64,000 bases of DNA from an uncultured Burkholderiales bacterium (GTDB lineage: Bacteria > Pseudomonadota > Gammaproteobacteria > Burkholderiales > Burkholderiaceae_C). Made by a program: the position numbers and the translations under genes. Each line of letters begins with the position of its first letter. Positions within the stretch are counted from its first letter, which is position 1. The stretch lies in the NCBI GenBank assembly GCA_903830725.1, contig CAIKVH010000101.1, positions 2,043-66,042 of the forward strand, given 5' to 3'. Positions 47,153-60,541 of this stretch are shown here, in pieces. A model generated the notes under the pieces. It worked only from the letters and a program-made list of their open reading frames with translations, was not told where the DNA came from and did not search any database.

Positions 47153-49498
47153 ATGACTTATTCGTTAAATACTTTGACCTCTGATCGCGCGGCGCAAACA
47201 CCCCCTACTGGCTTTAGACGCTTTACTCAGGAAATTGCACTCACCCTTGGCTTTACGTTTCTAACGTTTTGGATGCTCTCGATTCTCACGCATTCGCCCC
47301 AAGATCCTGCTTGGACGACCTCAGGAAATGTACAACCCATCAGCAACTGGGGAGGTCGACTCGGCGCATGGCTTGGAGATATGAGTTTTTTCCTCGCTGG
47401 GTACTCAGTGCTTTGGACCTACGCGGCGGCGCTCATGACTTGGTTAACCGCACTTGCCACCCGACTTAGAGGGGAGAGCGAAGACCCAGAGCACTCACTC
47501 GATGGATGGGTTCATACGCGCTGGGCTTTTTGGAGTGGCAACGTACTTTTGCTCCTGTCCAGCACGGGTCTTGAGTGGACGCGCCTCTACAGATTTGAAG
47601 GCAGCCTGCCCGGCCATCACGCAGGCGGCGTTATCGGCTACTTGATTGGTCAATTTGGTATGAATTGGTTTGGCTTTAACGGCTCGTGCTTAATATTTAT
47701 CGCCTTCATGATGGTCTCACTCTCTTGGGTGTTTCGTTTCTCATGGATTCACTTAGCCGAGAATATTGGCTCTTTTGTTGACCACTTCATTGAAGTCAGG
47801 CGTGAGAAAAAGGCCAGAGATGAGGACATCGCAATGGGCCTTGCAGCGGCCAAAGAGCGAGACGAGGTGATGCACGGCGTCAAAACTGAGGCCGAGACCG
47901 AATACCATCCGCCGCACATCAACATCAGGGTCCAAAAAGAGCCCGAGCCCGTTGTTGCCCCCAAAAGCGAGCGCCTCGCAAGAGAGCGGCAAAAGCCCCT
48001 ATTTAACGATCTCCCTGACTCTCGGCTTCCCCAGGTTGATTTACTAGACGCCAGTAAATCTAAGGTTGACACCGTCTCAACCGAGACGTTAGAGGTAACG
48101 AGTCGCTTGATTGAGAAAAAACTAAAAGACTTCGGCGTAGAAGTACACGTCGTTGAAGCGTCCCCAGGTCCTGTGATTACTCGCTACGAGATTGAGCCTG
48201 CAACGGGTGTTAAGGGCTCGCAGATCGTGAACTTGGCTAAGGACCTTGCACGCTCTTTAAGTCTGGTATCCATTCGGGTTGTAGAGACCATTCCCGGCAA
48301 AAACTACATGGCGCTTGAGTTGCCTAACGCCAAGCGCCAAACGATTCAACTCAGTGAAATACTGGGCTCAGAGGTTTACAACGAAGGTAAGTCTTTACTA
48401 ACACTTGGCCTGGGTAAGGATATTGTTGGAAACTCCGTTGTTGCTGATCTTGCAAAAATGCCTCACGTATTGGTTGCTGGTACTACTGGTTCTGGTAAGT
48501 CAGTTGGTATCAACGCGATGATTTTGAGCTTGCTGTACAAAGCTGAGGCACGGGATGTTCGTTTGCTGATGATAGACCCAAAGATGCTTGAGATGTCGGT
48601 TTATGAAGGTATTCCCCATCTCTTAGCGCCCGTCGTCACTGACATGCGTCAAGCGGCAAATGGACTGAACTGGTGTGTGTTTGAGATGGAGCGGCGCTAC
48701 AAGTTGATGAGCAAACTCGGCGTTCGCAATCTTGCCGGTTACAACCAAAAGATAGACCAAGCGAAGGACCGCTCCGAGTTCATCCCCAATCCCTTCAGTC
48801 TCACACCCGATGAGCCCGAGCCCCTTGACCGCTTGCCCTTCATTGTTGTTGTGATCGATGAGTTGGCTGACTTGATGATGGTGGTGGGCAAGAAGATTGA
48901 AGAACTCATCGCGCGCCTGGCCCAAAAGGCCCGCGCTGCAGGTATTCACTTAATACTTGCCACTCAGCGCCCAAGTGTTGACGTCATCACGGGTCTAATT
49001 AAGGCCAACATTCCTACGCGGATGGCATTTCAAGTATCCAGCAAAATCGACAGTCGCACGATCCTTGACCAAATGGGCGCGGAGTCTTTGCTTGGATCGG
49101 GCGATATGCTCTATTTGCCCAGTGGCAGCGGTATGCCAATCCGCGTGCACGGTGCATTTGTGAGTGACGAGGAAGTTCACAGAGTGGTGAGCTATCTCAA
49201 ATCCCAAGGCCCTGCCAACTACATTGAAGGCGTGCTCGAGGGCGGAACGATTGACGGAGAGTCAGACGGTCCCGATCTCTTTGGTAACTCTGGGGGCGAG
49301 AAAGACCCCTTGTACGATCAGGCAGTAGAGATTGTTTTAAAGAACCGCAAGGCCAGTATCTCGTTGGTTCAAAGACATTTGAAGATCGGCTACAACAGAG
49401 CGGCGCGTTTGGTTGAGGACATGGAACACTCTGGTCTCGTCTCCTCAATGGGGACAAACGGACAACGTGAAATACTAGTGCCAACGCGTGATGAATAA
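47153..49498 (+). CDS. ftsK: DNA translocase FtsK
   Basis: N-terminal TM domain, [31 protein letters not shown], gamma domain [15 protein letters not shown]-type segment. Confidence 0.97.
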   Translation: MTYSLNTLTSDRAAQTPPTGFRRFTQEIALTLGFTFLTFWMLSILTHSPQDPAWTTSGNVQPISNWGGRLGAWLGDMSFFLAGYSVLWTYAAALMTWLTALATRLRGESEDPEHSLDGWVHTRWAFWSGNVLLLLSSTGLEWTRLYRFEGSLPGHHAGGVIGYLIGQFGMNWFGFNGSCLIFIAFMMVSLSWVFRFSWIHLAENIGSFVDHFIEVRREKKARDEDIAMGLAAAKERDEVMHGVKTEAETEYHPPHINIRVQKEPEPVVAPKSERLARERQKPLFNDLPDSRLPQVDLLDASKSKVDTVSTETLEVTSRLIEKKLKDFGVEVHVVEASPGPVITRYEIEPATGVKGSQIVNLAKDLARSLSLVSIRVVETIPGKNYMALELPNAKRQTIQLSEILGSEVYNEGKSLLTLGLGKDIVGNSVVADLAKMPHVLVAGTTGSGKSVGINAMILSLLYKAEARDVRLLMIDPKMLEMSVYEGIPHLLAPVVTDMRQAANGLNWCVFEMERRYKLMSKLGVRNLAGYNQKIDQAKDRSEFIPNPFSLTPDEPEPLDRLPFIVVVIDELADLMMVVGKKIEELIARLAQKARAAGIHLILATQRPSVDVITGLIKANIPTRMAFQVSSKIDSRTILDQMGAESLLGSGDMLYLPSGSGMPIRVHGAFVSDEEVHRVVSYLKSQGPANYIEGVLEGGTIDGESDGPDLFGNSGGEKDPLYDQAVEIVLKNRKASISLVQRHLKIGYNRAARLVEDMEHSGLVSSMGTNGQREILVPTRDE

Positions 49499-50231
49499 TC
49501 AAAAAAATCGATATATCCATCGTTCAACCGCTTTTAAGGGCCTGGGATGGGTTGTTTTAAGCTTCAATTCTCTCTTTACGTTTTTAACCGTTTTAACGCT
49601 CTCAGCGTGCTTCACCTTCTGTGCTCACGCGAACGCTTTAGACGCACTTAGTCAATTCATGAAGTCCACACAAAGTGGACGCGCCCATTTCACCCAAGTC
49701 GTGACCTCGCCGAGTAAAGAGGGCAAGAAAGGTCGGGTGAAAAACTCTGAGGGTACTTTTACGTTCCTCAGACCCCAAAGATTTCGATTTGAATACGAGA
49801 AACCGTTTCCCCAATCGATAGTCGCTGATGGACAAACGCTTTGGCTCTTTGATCCTGATATCGCTCAAGTCACTGCCCGCTCGCAGGAGAAGGCTATGGG
49901 ATCCACGCCCGCTAGTTTGATTGCCTTGGCGCCGGATCTCTCGGCTTTAGAAAAAGACTTCACCCTCTCAGCCCTTAACAGCGAGTCTGCCTCGGACCCA
50001 CTGCAGTGGGTACAGGCGACCCCTCGTGCACAGGACTCACAACTACAAATGGTGCGCATTGGACTGAGCTCAAGTGCTCAACAAGTGCAACTTAGTAAGC
50101 TTGAGATTTTGGACGCCTTTGGACAAAAATCAGTCATTACCTTTGATAGATTTGAAGTCAATCCTCAATCGGTCACAGTATCTAGTTTCAAGTTCACACC
50201 CCCTCCTGGTGTGGAAACGATCAGGCCTTAA
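49488..50231 (+). CDS. lolA: Outer-membrane lipoprotein chaperone LolA
   Basis: Signal peptide, [38 protein letters not shown]; follows ftsK. Confidence 0.93.
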   Translation: MMNNQKNRYIHRSTAFKGLGWVVLSFNSLFTFLTVLTLSACFTFCAHANALDALSQFMKSTQSGRAHFTQVVTSPSKEGKKGRVKNSEGTFTFLRPQRFRFEYEKPFPQSIVADGQTLWLFDPDIAQVTARSQEKAMGSTPASLIALAPDLSALEKDFTLSALNSESASDPLQWVQATPRAQDSQLQMVRIGLSSSAQQVQLSKLEILDAFGQKSVITFDRFEVNPQSVTVSSFKFTPPPGVETIRP

Positions 50232-50243
50232 ACGAGGGAAATC

Positions 50244-51581
50244 GTGCGCCCCTCAGAACAACCCCTTGCTGAACGACTAAGACCACAGTCGCTTGCTCAG
50301 GTCATTGGGCAATCCCATTTACTTAGCGAGGGAATGCCGCTTCGAGTGGCGTTTGAGTCAAGGACCCCGCACAGTTGTATTTTATGGGGCCCCCCCGGGG
50401 TCGGTAAAACCACACTCGCACGTCTAATGGCAAACGCCTTTGACGCAAACTTCATCAGCATCAGCGCTGTGTTAGGCGGCGTAAAAGAAATCAGAGAGGC
50501 TGTGGATATGGCTGAGAGGTATGCAAACACCCCCGGGCACAGTGCTCGCACATTGGTCTTTGTCGATGAGGTGCACCGCTTTAACAAGACCCAACAAGAC
50601 GCATTTCTCCCACATGTCGAATCTGGGCTGTTCACTTTTATCGGCGCAACCACTGAGAACCCCTCATTTGAGGTGAACTCTGCGCTGCTCTCGCGCGCAA
50701 CCGTCTATGTGCTTGAGCCACTGAACAATGTGGATTTAAATAACATCACCGAGCGCGCTCTAGAACTGATCGGCTCCGTCAAGTTGAGTGAAGATTCAAA
50801 GGAGACGCTGATCGCCTTTGCTGATGGCGACGCAAGACGTCTCTTGAACGCGCTTGAGACGCTTTGCATGATGGCGCAACATGAAAAAATATCCACCGTG
50901 ACAGTCGAGTGGCTTACCAAAGTCATGGGGCAACGGCTTAGACGTTTTGACAAGGGAGGAGAAAATTTTTACGACACGATTAGTGCGCTACACAAATCCG
51001 TCAGGGGCTCAGACCCAGACGCCGCACTTTACTGGCTCGTCAGAATGCTAGAGGGCGGAGCGGACGCCAAGTACCTCAGCCGAAGACTGATTCGAATGGC
51101 AAGCGAAGATATTGGACTCGCTGACCCCCGGGCACTGAGCGTAGCCGTAGACTGTGCTCAGGTTTACGAAAGACTAGGCTCTCCCGAGGGTGAGCTCGCT
51201 TTGGCTGAGTGCGTTGTGTATTTAAGCGTTGCTGCGAAATCAAATGCTGTGTACACCGCATTCAACCAAACGAAGGCATTAATTAAATCTCAGGGCACGC
51301 TGCCCGTGCCGCTTCACCTGCGCAACGCCCCAACGAAACTGATGAAGGATTTGTCCTACGGCGCACAGTACCGTTACGCACACTCCGAAGAAAACGCTTT
51401 CGCTGCGGGCGAGAACTATTGGCCAACGGGTATGACACCCTCAGAGTTTTACAAACCAGTCGAGCGGGGGTTGGAGATCAAAATTGCTGAGAAGATGCGC
51501 TGGTTAAAAGAACAAAATGAGAAGGCAAGTGAAAAAGCCAAAGAGGCTAGCTCTGCCAAGAACTCTGCCCAAAAAGCTTAG
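50244..51581 (+). CDS. rarA: Replication-associated recombination protein A (MgsA)
   Basis: PLAERLRP, WGPPGVGKTT, DEVHRFNK, SALHKSVRGSDPDAA, ASEDIGLADP. Confidence 0.97.
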   Translation: MRPSEQPLAERLRPQSLAQVIGQSHLLSEGMPLRVAFESRTPHSCILWGPPGVGKTTLARLMANAFDANFISISAVLGGVKEIREAVDMAERYANTPGHSARTLVFVDEVHRFNKTQQDAFLPHVESGLFTFIGATTENPSFEVNSALLSRATVYVLEPLNNVDLNNITERALELIGSVKLSEDSKETLIAFADGDARRLLNALETLCMMAQHEKISTVTVEWLTKVMGQRLRRFDKGGENFYDTISALHKSVRGSDPDAALYWLVRMLEGGADAKYLSRRLIRMASEDIGLADPRALSVAVDCAQVYERLGSPEGELALAECVVYLSVAAKSNAVYTAFNQTKALIKSQGTLPVPLHLRNAPTKLMKDLSYGAQYRYAHSEENAFAAGENYWPTGMTPSEFYKPVERGLEIKIAEKMRWLKEQNEKASEKAKEASSAKNSAQKA

Positions 51582-51599
51582 ATCGTTTAACATCGACTC

Positions 51600-52529
51600 A
51601 TGGATACCCTGATTCAACAAATCATCAACGGCCTCGTGCTGGGGAGCATGTACGCGCTCGTGGCACTAGGCTACACCATGGTATACGGGATCATCAACTT
51701 AATTAATTTCGCACACGGTGAGATTTTGATGATTGGAGCCATGACGAGTTGGACCATCATAGGCTTGGCGCAAGAGGCAATGCCCCATGCTCCGGGGTGG
51801 TCGATTTTGTTAATTTCACTCCTATGTTCTTGTGTAGTTTGCGCAGCGCTCAACTTTGCAGTGGAGAAAATTGCATACCGTCCGCTAAGGGGTGCCCCTA
51901 AACTCGCACCCCTGATAACAGCTATTGGTGTTTCCATCTTGCTGCAAAGTTTAGCGATGATTATTTGGAAACCCAACTACAAACCTTACCCGACATTTTT
52001 ATCAAGCACGCCCCTTTCGATTGGAGCAGCAGTTATTACGCAGACTCAAATTATGATTTTGATTGTGACCGTACTTTGTCTCATTGCGCTCATGTACTTG
52101 GTGCACCGAACGTCTCTAGGGCGTGCAATGAGAGCCACAGCAGAAAACCCACGCGTAGCGGCTTTAATGGGTGTTAGACCTGATTTGGTGATCTCAGCAA
52201 CCTTCATCATTGGGGCAGTCCTCGCTGCTATTGCAGGGGTAATGTGGGCCTCCAACTACGGTACGATCCAGCACACGATGGGATTTTTACCGGGCTTGAA
52301 AGCCTTTACCGCAGCAGTCTTTGGAGGCATAGGAAACCTAGAGGGGGCAGTCGTTGGCGGCATATTGCTGGGTCTCATAGAGTCGATTGGTTCGGGCTAC
52401 ATAGGGGAGCTTACTGGGGGAGTGTTAGGTAGTCAGTACTCAGATATCTTTGCTTTTATTGTTTTAATTGGTGTACTCACACTTAGACCCTCTGGCTTGC
52501 TCGGCGAGCAAACCGCAGAGCGAGCTTGA
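51600..52529 (+). CDS. livH: Branched-chain amino acid ABC transporter permease
   Basis: QQIINGLVLGSMYALVALGYTMVYGII...NFAHGE, KAFTAAVFGGIG. Confidence 0.93.
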   Translation: MDTLIQQIINGLVLGSMYALVALGYTMVYGIINLINFAHGEILMIGAMTSWTIIGLAQEAMPHAPGWSILLISLLCSCVVCAALNFAVEKIAYRPLRGAPKLAPLITAIGVSILLQSLAMIIWKPNYKPYPTFLSSTPLSIGAAVITQTQIMILIVTVLCLIALMYLVHRTSLGRAMRATAENPRVAALMGVRPDLVISATFIIGAVLAAIAGVMWASNYGTIQHTMGFLPGLKAFTAAVFGGIGNLEGAVVGGILLGLIESIGSGYIGELTGGVLGSQYSDIFAFIVLIGVLTLRPSGLLGEQTAERA

Positions 52530-52578
52530 TCAAGTTGAGTAAGAAGAAATTAAGCAAAAAGAAAATGAGTAACAAGAT

Positions 52579-52614
52579 ATGGAGCGTGAGATGGAGCATG
52601 AGTTGGAGCATGAG
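52579..52614. repeat. 12-bp tandem repeat x3 ([A/T]TGGAGC[G/A]TGAG) between livH and livM
   Basis: ATGGAGCGTGAG ATGGAGCATGAG TTGGAGCATGAG. Confidence 0.88.
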
Positions 52615-52624
52615 GCAATGCTAA

Positions 52625-53792
52625 ATGAAAATATCAAATAACAAACCCAAACACTTCTCTATACAAAACCCCTCACTCCCAGCGCAGGTGTTGTTCTTTG
52701 CTGCGATCCTGCTTTTACCCTTGCTCCTTCAGTTGTTCGGCAATGCTTGGGTGCGAATTGCTGACTTTGCGCTGCTCTACGTTTTATTAGCGCTCGGTCT
52801 AAACATCGTTGTGGGCTACGCGGGCTTACTCGATCTAGGCTACGTTGCGTTCTTTGCTGTGGGTGCTTATATGTACGCACTACTCTCATCGCCTCAACTC
52901 ACAAACGCTTTCCCGTGGATTGCGGCGATGTTTCCAGACGGCCTGCATACGCCCCTCTACATCGCTATTCCGCTGAGTGCTCTCTTGGCTGGGTTGTTTG
53001 GGCTGCTACTTGGCGCGCCTACCCTCAAACTCAGAGGGGACTATCTAGCCATTGTGACTTTGGGGTTTGGAGAAATTATTCGCGTATTTCTCAACAACCT
53101 TGACAGACCCATCAACATCACCAATGGACCCAAAGGAATTGGCGGAATCGATCCCTTCACAGTTATGGGGGCACCCTTATCTCGCAAACTCGATCTCGGG
53201 TTCATAGAGCTCTCGTCGGTGACCCTTTATTACTATTTATTTATTCTGTTGGTTGGTTTTAGTATCGTCATATGCTCAAGGCTTGAGCGTTCGCGAATTG
53301 GTCGGGCTTGGATGGCCATCCGAGAAGATGAGGTTGCAGCCAAAGCGATGGGTATCAATACTCGCAACTTAAAACTAACGGCGTTTGGCATGGGCGCAAC
53401 CTTTGGAGGGGTCTCGGGCGCGATGTTCGCCTCATTCCAAAGCTTTGTATCGCCTGAGTCCTTTAGCCTGATGGAGTCGGTCATGATTGTGGCTATGGTG
53501 GTGCTCGGAGGGATTGGCTATTTACCGGGCGTCGTTTTGGGTGCGCTTTTATTGGCGGCATTGCCCGAGGTGCTTCGCTTTGTCTCCGCACCCTTGCAAG
53601 AGATGACGGGGGGCCGATTAGACGCAGCAATTCTTAGACAACTCTTAATTGCGCTTGCTATGGTGAGTGTGATGCTCCTGAGACCTCGCGGCCTTTGGCC
53701 CTCGCCTGAGCACGCTACTCAAGATCAAATTTCTAAGGACGAAGAAACTACAGACATGTCTAAATCAGAGTTGGGCAGTCCAAGGAAAGTCC

Positions 53793-53800
<8 letters not shown>
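52625..53800 (+). CDS. livM: Branched-chain amino acid ABC transporter permease
   Basis: LGLNIVVGYAGLLDLGY, LRGDYLAIVTLGFGEI, GRAWMAIREDE. Confidence 0.93.
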
Positions 53801-54629
<829 letters not shown>

Positions 54630-54641
<12 letters not shown>

Positions 54642-54676
54642 CGCCAGTCGCCAATTAACGCCAGTCGCCAATTAAC
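54630..54676. repeat. 17-bp tandem repeat, about 2.8 copies (GTCGCCAATTAACGCCA), spanning the livG stop codon
   Basis: Read directly; the first copy contains the TAA of livG. Confidence 0.9.
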
Positions 54677-54681
54677 TCCTA

Positions 54682-55440
54682 ATGTCTTCCTCAACTCCTT
54701 CAGCCAAACTACTCCAATCCACTCAAGATCCAATTTTGCAGATCACGGACTTGGCTGTTAGTTACGGCGGCATACAAGCGGTTAAAGGCGTCAGCCTGCA
54801 GGTACGACGTGGTGAACTCGTAGCACTCATTGGCTCTAACGGCGCCGGAAAGACAACCACACTGAACGCTGTCTCAGGCACACTCCCTATTGTGAGTGGA
54901 TCCATTCGGTTTGAAGGTCATGAAATTAAGGGTATGGGTGCTTGGGATATTGTCCGAGCAGGCCTTGCGATGGTGCCAGAGGGCAGAGGGGTATTCACGA
55001 GAATGAGTATTCTCGAGAACCTACAGATGGGCGCGTACTTAAGAGAGGACAAGGTCGCTATTGGGGCGGATATGCAAGAGGTGTTTGACACCTTCCCAAG
55101 ACTCAAAGAAAGACTACACCAACTCGCAGGAACTTTATCAGGGGGGGAGCAACAAATGTTAGCGATGGGCCGCGCTTTGATGAGTAGACCCAAACTGGTG
55201 TTGCTAGATGAACCCTCTATGGGGTTGTCACCTTTAATGGTTGACAAGATATTTGAGGTGATTGCAGATATATCCAAGAAAGGCGTCTCAATTCTTCTCA
55301 TCGAGCAAAACGCACAACGTGCACTTCAAATTGCAGACACTGCTTTTGTTATGGAATCAGGCTCTATAGCCTACTCCGGTAGTGGGCAAGAGCTCTTAAA
55401 TGACGCCCGAATTAAGGCCTCTTATTTGGGTGAGGATTGA
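54682..55440 (+). CDS. livF: Branched-chain amino acid ABC transporter ATP-binding protein
   Basis: GSNGAGKTT, VPEGRGVF, LSGGEQQMLAMGRALM, LDEPSMGL. Confidence 0.93.
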   Translation: MSSSTPSAKLLQSTQDPILQITDLAVSYGGIQAVKGVSLQVRRGELVALIGSNGAGKTTTLNAVSGTLPIVSGSIRFEGHEIKGMGAWDIVRAGLAMVPEGRGVFTRMSILENLQMGAYLREDKVAIGADMQEVFDTFPRLKERLHQLAGTLSGGEQQMLAMGRALMSRPKLVLLDEPSMGLSPLMVDKIFEVIADISKKGVSILLIEQNAQRALQIADTAFVMESGSIAYSGSGQELLNDARIKASYLGED

Positions 55441-55459
55441 TTTACAAATACATTTATCT

Positions 55460-57085
<1,626 letters not shown>

Positions 57086-57129
57086 AAAGAGTAGTTGATT
57101 TGAGTTTTAAAATTAAAAAAATAAAAAGC

Positions 57130-58158
57130 TTAAAGCTTATCCAGTGCACTCGTAAAGGAGTCTGCGTAAAACTCATCCTCTGGTAGTCCCATTGCAGCGT
57201 AAGCGGTTTTAGCACTATCCACCACAACCGGAGCGCCACAAGCGTATACCTGGTAGTTGGATAGATTTTTAAAGTCCTCCACAACTGCTTTATGAACAAA
57301 CCCTGTCCTACCACTCCATGCGTCACTCTCTAATGCATCCGAGACCACTGGGATATACGTTAGGTTTGGCATCTCTAAGGCTTGCTCTAAAACCCATTCG
57401 TGCATGTACAGATCAACGGGCCTGCGTGCGCCCCAGTAAAAGCTAACAGACCTATTAACTGCTTTAGAGCGCATCTCCTCTATCAAAGCCTTAATAGGAG
57501 CAAAGCCCGTTCCGGAAGCAAGAAAGACCATCGGTTTTTCAGATTCTCTTAAAAAGAATGACCCCTGAGGCCCCTCAATACGCTGAATTTCTTTCTCCTT
57601 CATCGCCCCAAACACATGATCCGTGAATACACCGCCCGCCATATGGCGGATATGAAGTTCAATATGAGGCGTCTCAGGCGTTACGGTATGAGGCGCGTTT
57701 GCCATGGAGTAACTTCTGCGAGATCCGTCGCGAAGCAAGAAATCAACATACTGACCCGCCCTGTACTTCATTAAGTCCCCAGCAGGGACTTGCAGTTTGA
57801 CAATCATCACGTCACTCGTTCTTCGCTCAAGCGAGAAGATGCGAACGGGCATTTTCTTGATCGCAAACGCACCCTCCTCAACCACTTGCTTTGATTCAAG
57901 TACCAGGTCTGATTTAGCTGTCGATCGACATGTCAGAATAAGCCCTTGGGCTGCTTCTTCGGGGGTGAGCGCCTTGGCTTGATGCTCACCCATCACCACC
58001 TCACCCGAGACCACCTTGCATTTGCAAGATCCGCATGCCCCGTCCTTACAACCGTAAGGCAAGCCAATGCCTTGTCTGGTGCCTGCAGTAAGTAAGATCT
58101 CATCTGCATCGGCTTGAAAAGTACGGCCACTGGGTTCAACCGTGATCTGAAAGCTCAT
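57130..58158 (-). CDS. 2Fe-2S ferredoxin-NAD(P) reductase (CDP-6-deoxy-delta-3,4-glucoseen reductase-like)
   Basis: CKDGACGSCKC 2Fe-2S motif, RRSYSMAN, ASGTGFAP, YACG. Confidence 0.9.
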   Translation of the reverse strand: MSFQITVEPSGRTFQADADEILLTAGTRQGIGLPYGCKDGACGSCKCKVVSGEVVMGEHQAKALTPEEAAQGLILTCRSTAKSDLVLESKQVVEEGAFAIKKMPVRIFSLERRTSDVMIVKLQVPAGDLMKYRAGQYVDFLLRDGSRRSYSMANAPHTVTPETPHIELHIRHMAGGVFTDHVFGAMKEKEIQRIEGPQGSFFLRESEKPMVFLASGTGFAPIKALIEEMRSKAVNRSVSFYWGARRPVDLYMHEWVLEQALEMPNLTYIPVVSDALESDAWSGRTGFVHKAVVEDFKNLSNYQVYACGAPVVVDSAKTAYAAMGLPEDEFYADSFTSALDKL

Positions 58159-58211
58159 TTTTGTGTATCCTTAGACTAATTATTTAGTTCAACATTAGCG
58201 AACCCTCAATT

Positions 58212-59141
58212 TTGCCCTCAAATCAAACTCCTTTAGGCGCTTTGCCCTCCCGTTTTAGAAAAGAACGCCTTTTAATTGTCGGTTGTGGCGATATTGGCGT
58301 GCGTTTAGCGCGCCTTGCAAGGTCAAATACACGTCTGATCGCTTTAACGTCCAGTCCTGAGCGACTTTTAGAACTTAAGAGTCAAGGAATAACCGCAATC
58401 TCGGGCAACTTAGATGATCCTAAAACACTTACCAGGCTAAGTGGACTTGGAACACGGGTTGCACATTTGGCGCCGCCCCCGAGCAGCGGTGAAAACGGTG
58501 AATTAGATCCAAGGACACAAAACCTCGTTCGAACTCTGTTAAAGCGTACACCCGCGCTTCAATGTGTTTACGCATCTACGACTGGCGTCTACGGCGACTG
58601 TTCTGGGGCGTGGGTCCCAGAAACACGTCCCCTAAACCCGACCACTGCGCGGGCCAAGCGCAGAGTTCATGCAGAGGCTTTGATGAGATTTTTGGGAACC
58701 GTTCTTGCCGGTTCCACAGGCGTCACAACCCTAAGGGTTCCAGGCATCTACGCCCTAGACAGAGACCAAGGCACCCCACAGGCAAGGCTACAAAGAGGTA
58801 CCCCTGTACTGGAAACCAGTGCAGATGTATACACAAACCACATCCAAGCGGATGATCTAGCCAGAGCCTGTTGGCTTGCGCTTTGGAGGGGTCCAACACT
58901 GCGTGCCATTAACACTAGCGATGACACGCAAATGAAAATGGCAGACTATATGGACTGGGCAGCAGATCATTTCGGCCTCAAACGTCCACCCCGCATAAGT
59001 GCTAAGAATGCGGCAATAGAGTTATCTCCCATGCAACTCAGTTTTATGCAAGAGTCGAGAAGATTGGTCAACAAAAGACTTAAAGAGGAGTTGAGACTAA
59101 AGCTCAACTACCCAAGCATCAAAGAAGGCCTTAGCAAATAG
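58212..59141 (+). CDS. NAD-dependent epimerase/dehydratase (extended SDR)
   Basis: IVGCGDIG, YASTTGVYGD, LRVPGIY, NHIQADDLA, FMQESRR. Confidence 0.9.
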   Translation: MPSNQTPLGALPSRFRKERLLIVGCGDIGVRLARLARSNTRLIALTSSPERLLELKSQGITAISGNLDDPKTLTRLSGLGTRVAHLAPPPSSGENGELDPRTQNLVRTLLKRTPALQCVYASTTGVYGDCSGAWVPETRPLNPTTARAKRRVHAEALMRFLGTVLAGSTGVTTLRVPGIYALDRDQGTPQARLQRGTPVLETSADVYTNHIQADDLARACWLALWRGPTLRAINTSDDTQMKMADYMDWAADHFGLKRPPRISAKNAAIELSPMQLSFMQESRRLVNKRLKEELRLKLNYPSIKEGLSK

Positions 59142-59184
59142 CAAATAGCAACTCCAAGTCACCGATCGTCTTTGATTCATAAAT

Positions 59185-60315
59185 CTAGCGCATCCCCATC
59201 CCTGAGATATCAAATATGTGCTGAGCCTCCCTAGGCAAGCATCGCCAGTATTGAGACATAGCCGGTACTTTTGCATTTAACTCCGCAGCCGCCTCCCATC
59301 CCCAACGCGGCTTGTATAAGAAAGCTCTTGCAAGAGCCACCAAATCAGCCTCCCCGTTTTTAATGATGTCATCTGCTTGGTGCGGATCCGTAATCAATCC
59401 AACCGCGGTTGTGGTAAGTCCACTGCGCTCTTTAGCCAATTTTGCAAATGAGACTTGGTAGTTGGGTCCTATTGCAATTTTTTGATTCTGTGCAACACCG
59501 CCTGAGGAGATGTGGACAAAATTAGCACCTGCGTTTTTGAGTATCAAAGATAAATCCGCAGTCTCCTCAGGTGTCCAACCCCCGTCCACCCAATCCGAAG
59601 CGGATATGCGGACTCCCAAGGACCCCTTAAAGACTGCCCTCACCTCTTTAAATACTTCCATCAAGAAACGAATTCTGTTCTCATATGAACCACCGTATTG
59701 ATCGGTACGTTGATTGGCTATGGGAGATAGGAATTGATGCAGCAAATAACCATGCGCTGCATGCAACTCAACCGCCTCAATGCCCATCTTTTGTGAGTAG
59801 GCTGCGCCTTTTGTAAAGCCTTGAATTATTTTCTCCATCTGCGCGGCGTCTAAAGCATGAGGACTGCGCTCACTACTCAAGTGCGCAAGTGCGGACGGAC
59901 CCCAGGTCTCCCAACCCGCCTCCTCTCCTTGTCCAACTGGAAGTAATTGCCCACCCTTCCAAGGCACTGCACTGGAGGCCTTGCGCCCGGCATGTGCGAG
60001 CTGAATACAAACTGGCACTCGCGGTGCAAGCGCCCGGGCTCGCTCTAGATGACTCTCTATCGATGCGGCATGTGCGTCATCCCAAAGTCCTAAGCACTTG
60101 GGCGTGATACGCCCCTCTGGAGTCACTGCGGTGGCCTCAATGGTGAACATTCCCGCACCGCTGTTGAGAAGATTGGCCCAGTGCATAAGATGCCAATCAT
60201 TTGCTAAACCATCAACTGATGCGTATTGACACATGGGCGCAACAACAATCCGGTTATCCAAATGAACAGCCCCCTGAGGAGCACCAAGATCGAGGGGAGA
60301 GAATAAATGACTCAT
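59185..60315 (-). CDS. NADH:flavin oxidoreductase (old yellow enzyme family)
   Basis: NRIVVAPMCQY, QLAHAGRKAS, ELHAAHGYLLHQFLSP..NQRTDQYGGS.ENR. Confidence 0.95.
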   Translation of the reverse strand: MSHLFSPLDLGAPQGAVHLDNRIVVAPMCQYASVDGLANDWHLMHWANLLNSGAGMFTIEATAVTPEGRITPKCLGLWDDAHAASIESHLERARALAPRVPVCIQLAHAGRKASSAVPWKGGQLLPVGQGEEAGWETWGPSALAHLSSERSPHALDAAQMEKIIQGFTKGAAYSQKMGIEAVELHAAHGYLLHQFLSPIANQRTDQYGGSYENRIRFLMEVFKEVRAVFKGSLGVRISASDWVDGGWTPEETADLSLILKNAGANFVHISSGGVAQNQKIAIGPNYQVSFAKLAKERSGLTTTAVGLITDPHQADDIIKNGEADLVALARAFLYKPRWGWEAAAELNAKVPAMSQYWRCLPREAQHIFDISGMGMR

Positions 60316-60541
60316 GAATTTGTTTCGTTTTAAAGAGTAAAGAAGGAAATACAAGAAACCGAACTAAATACTGCCCAATGGTTGCAGACACTTTAAGTCA
60401 AATCCAATAGAAATGGACTCAGTTTTAAAGCGTCCCCAACTTTACCTTAAGTTGGCTAAACCTTTGTTTGCTTGCGGGCTCAAGCACTCCTATTCCCTGT
60501 CGATCTATAGGGTGCACAAAAACAAGATTTTTGTTAAATTC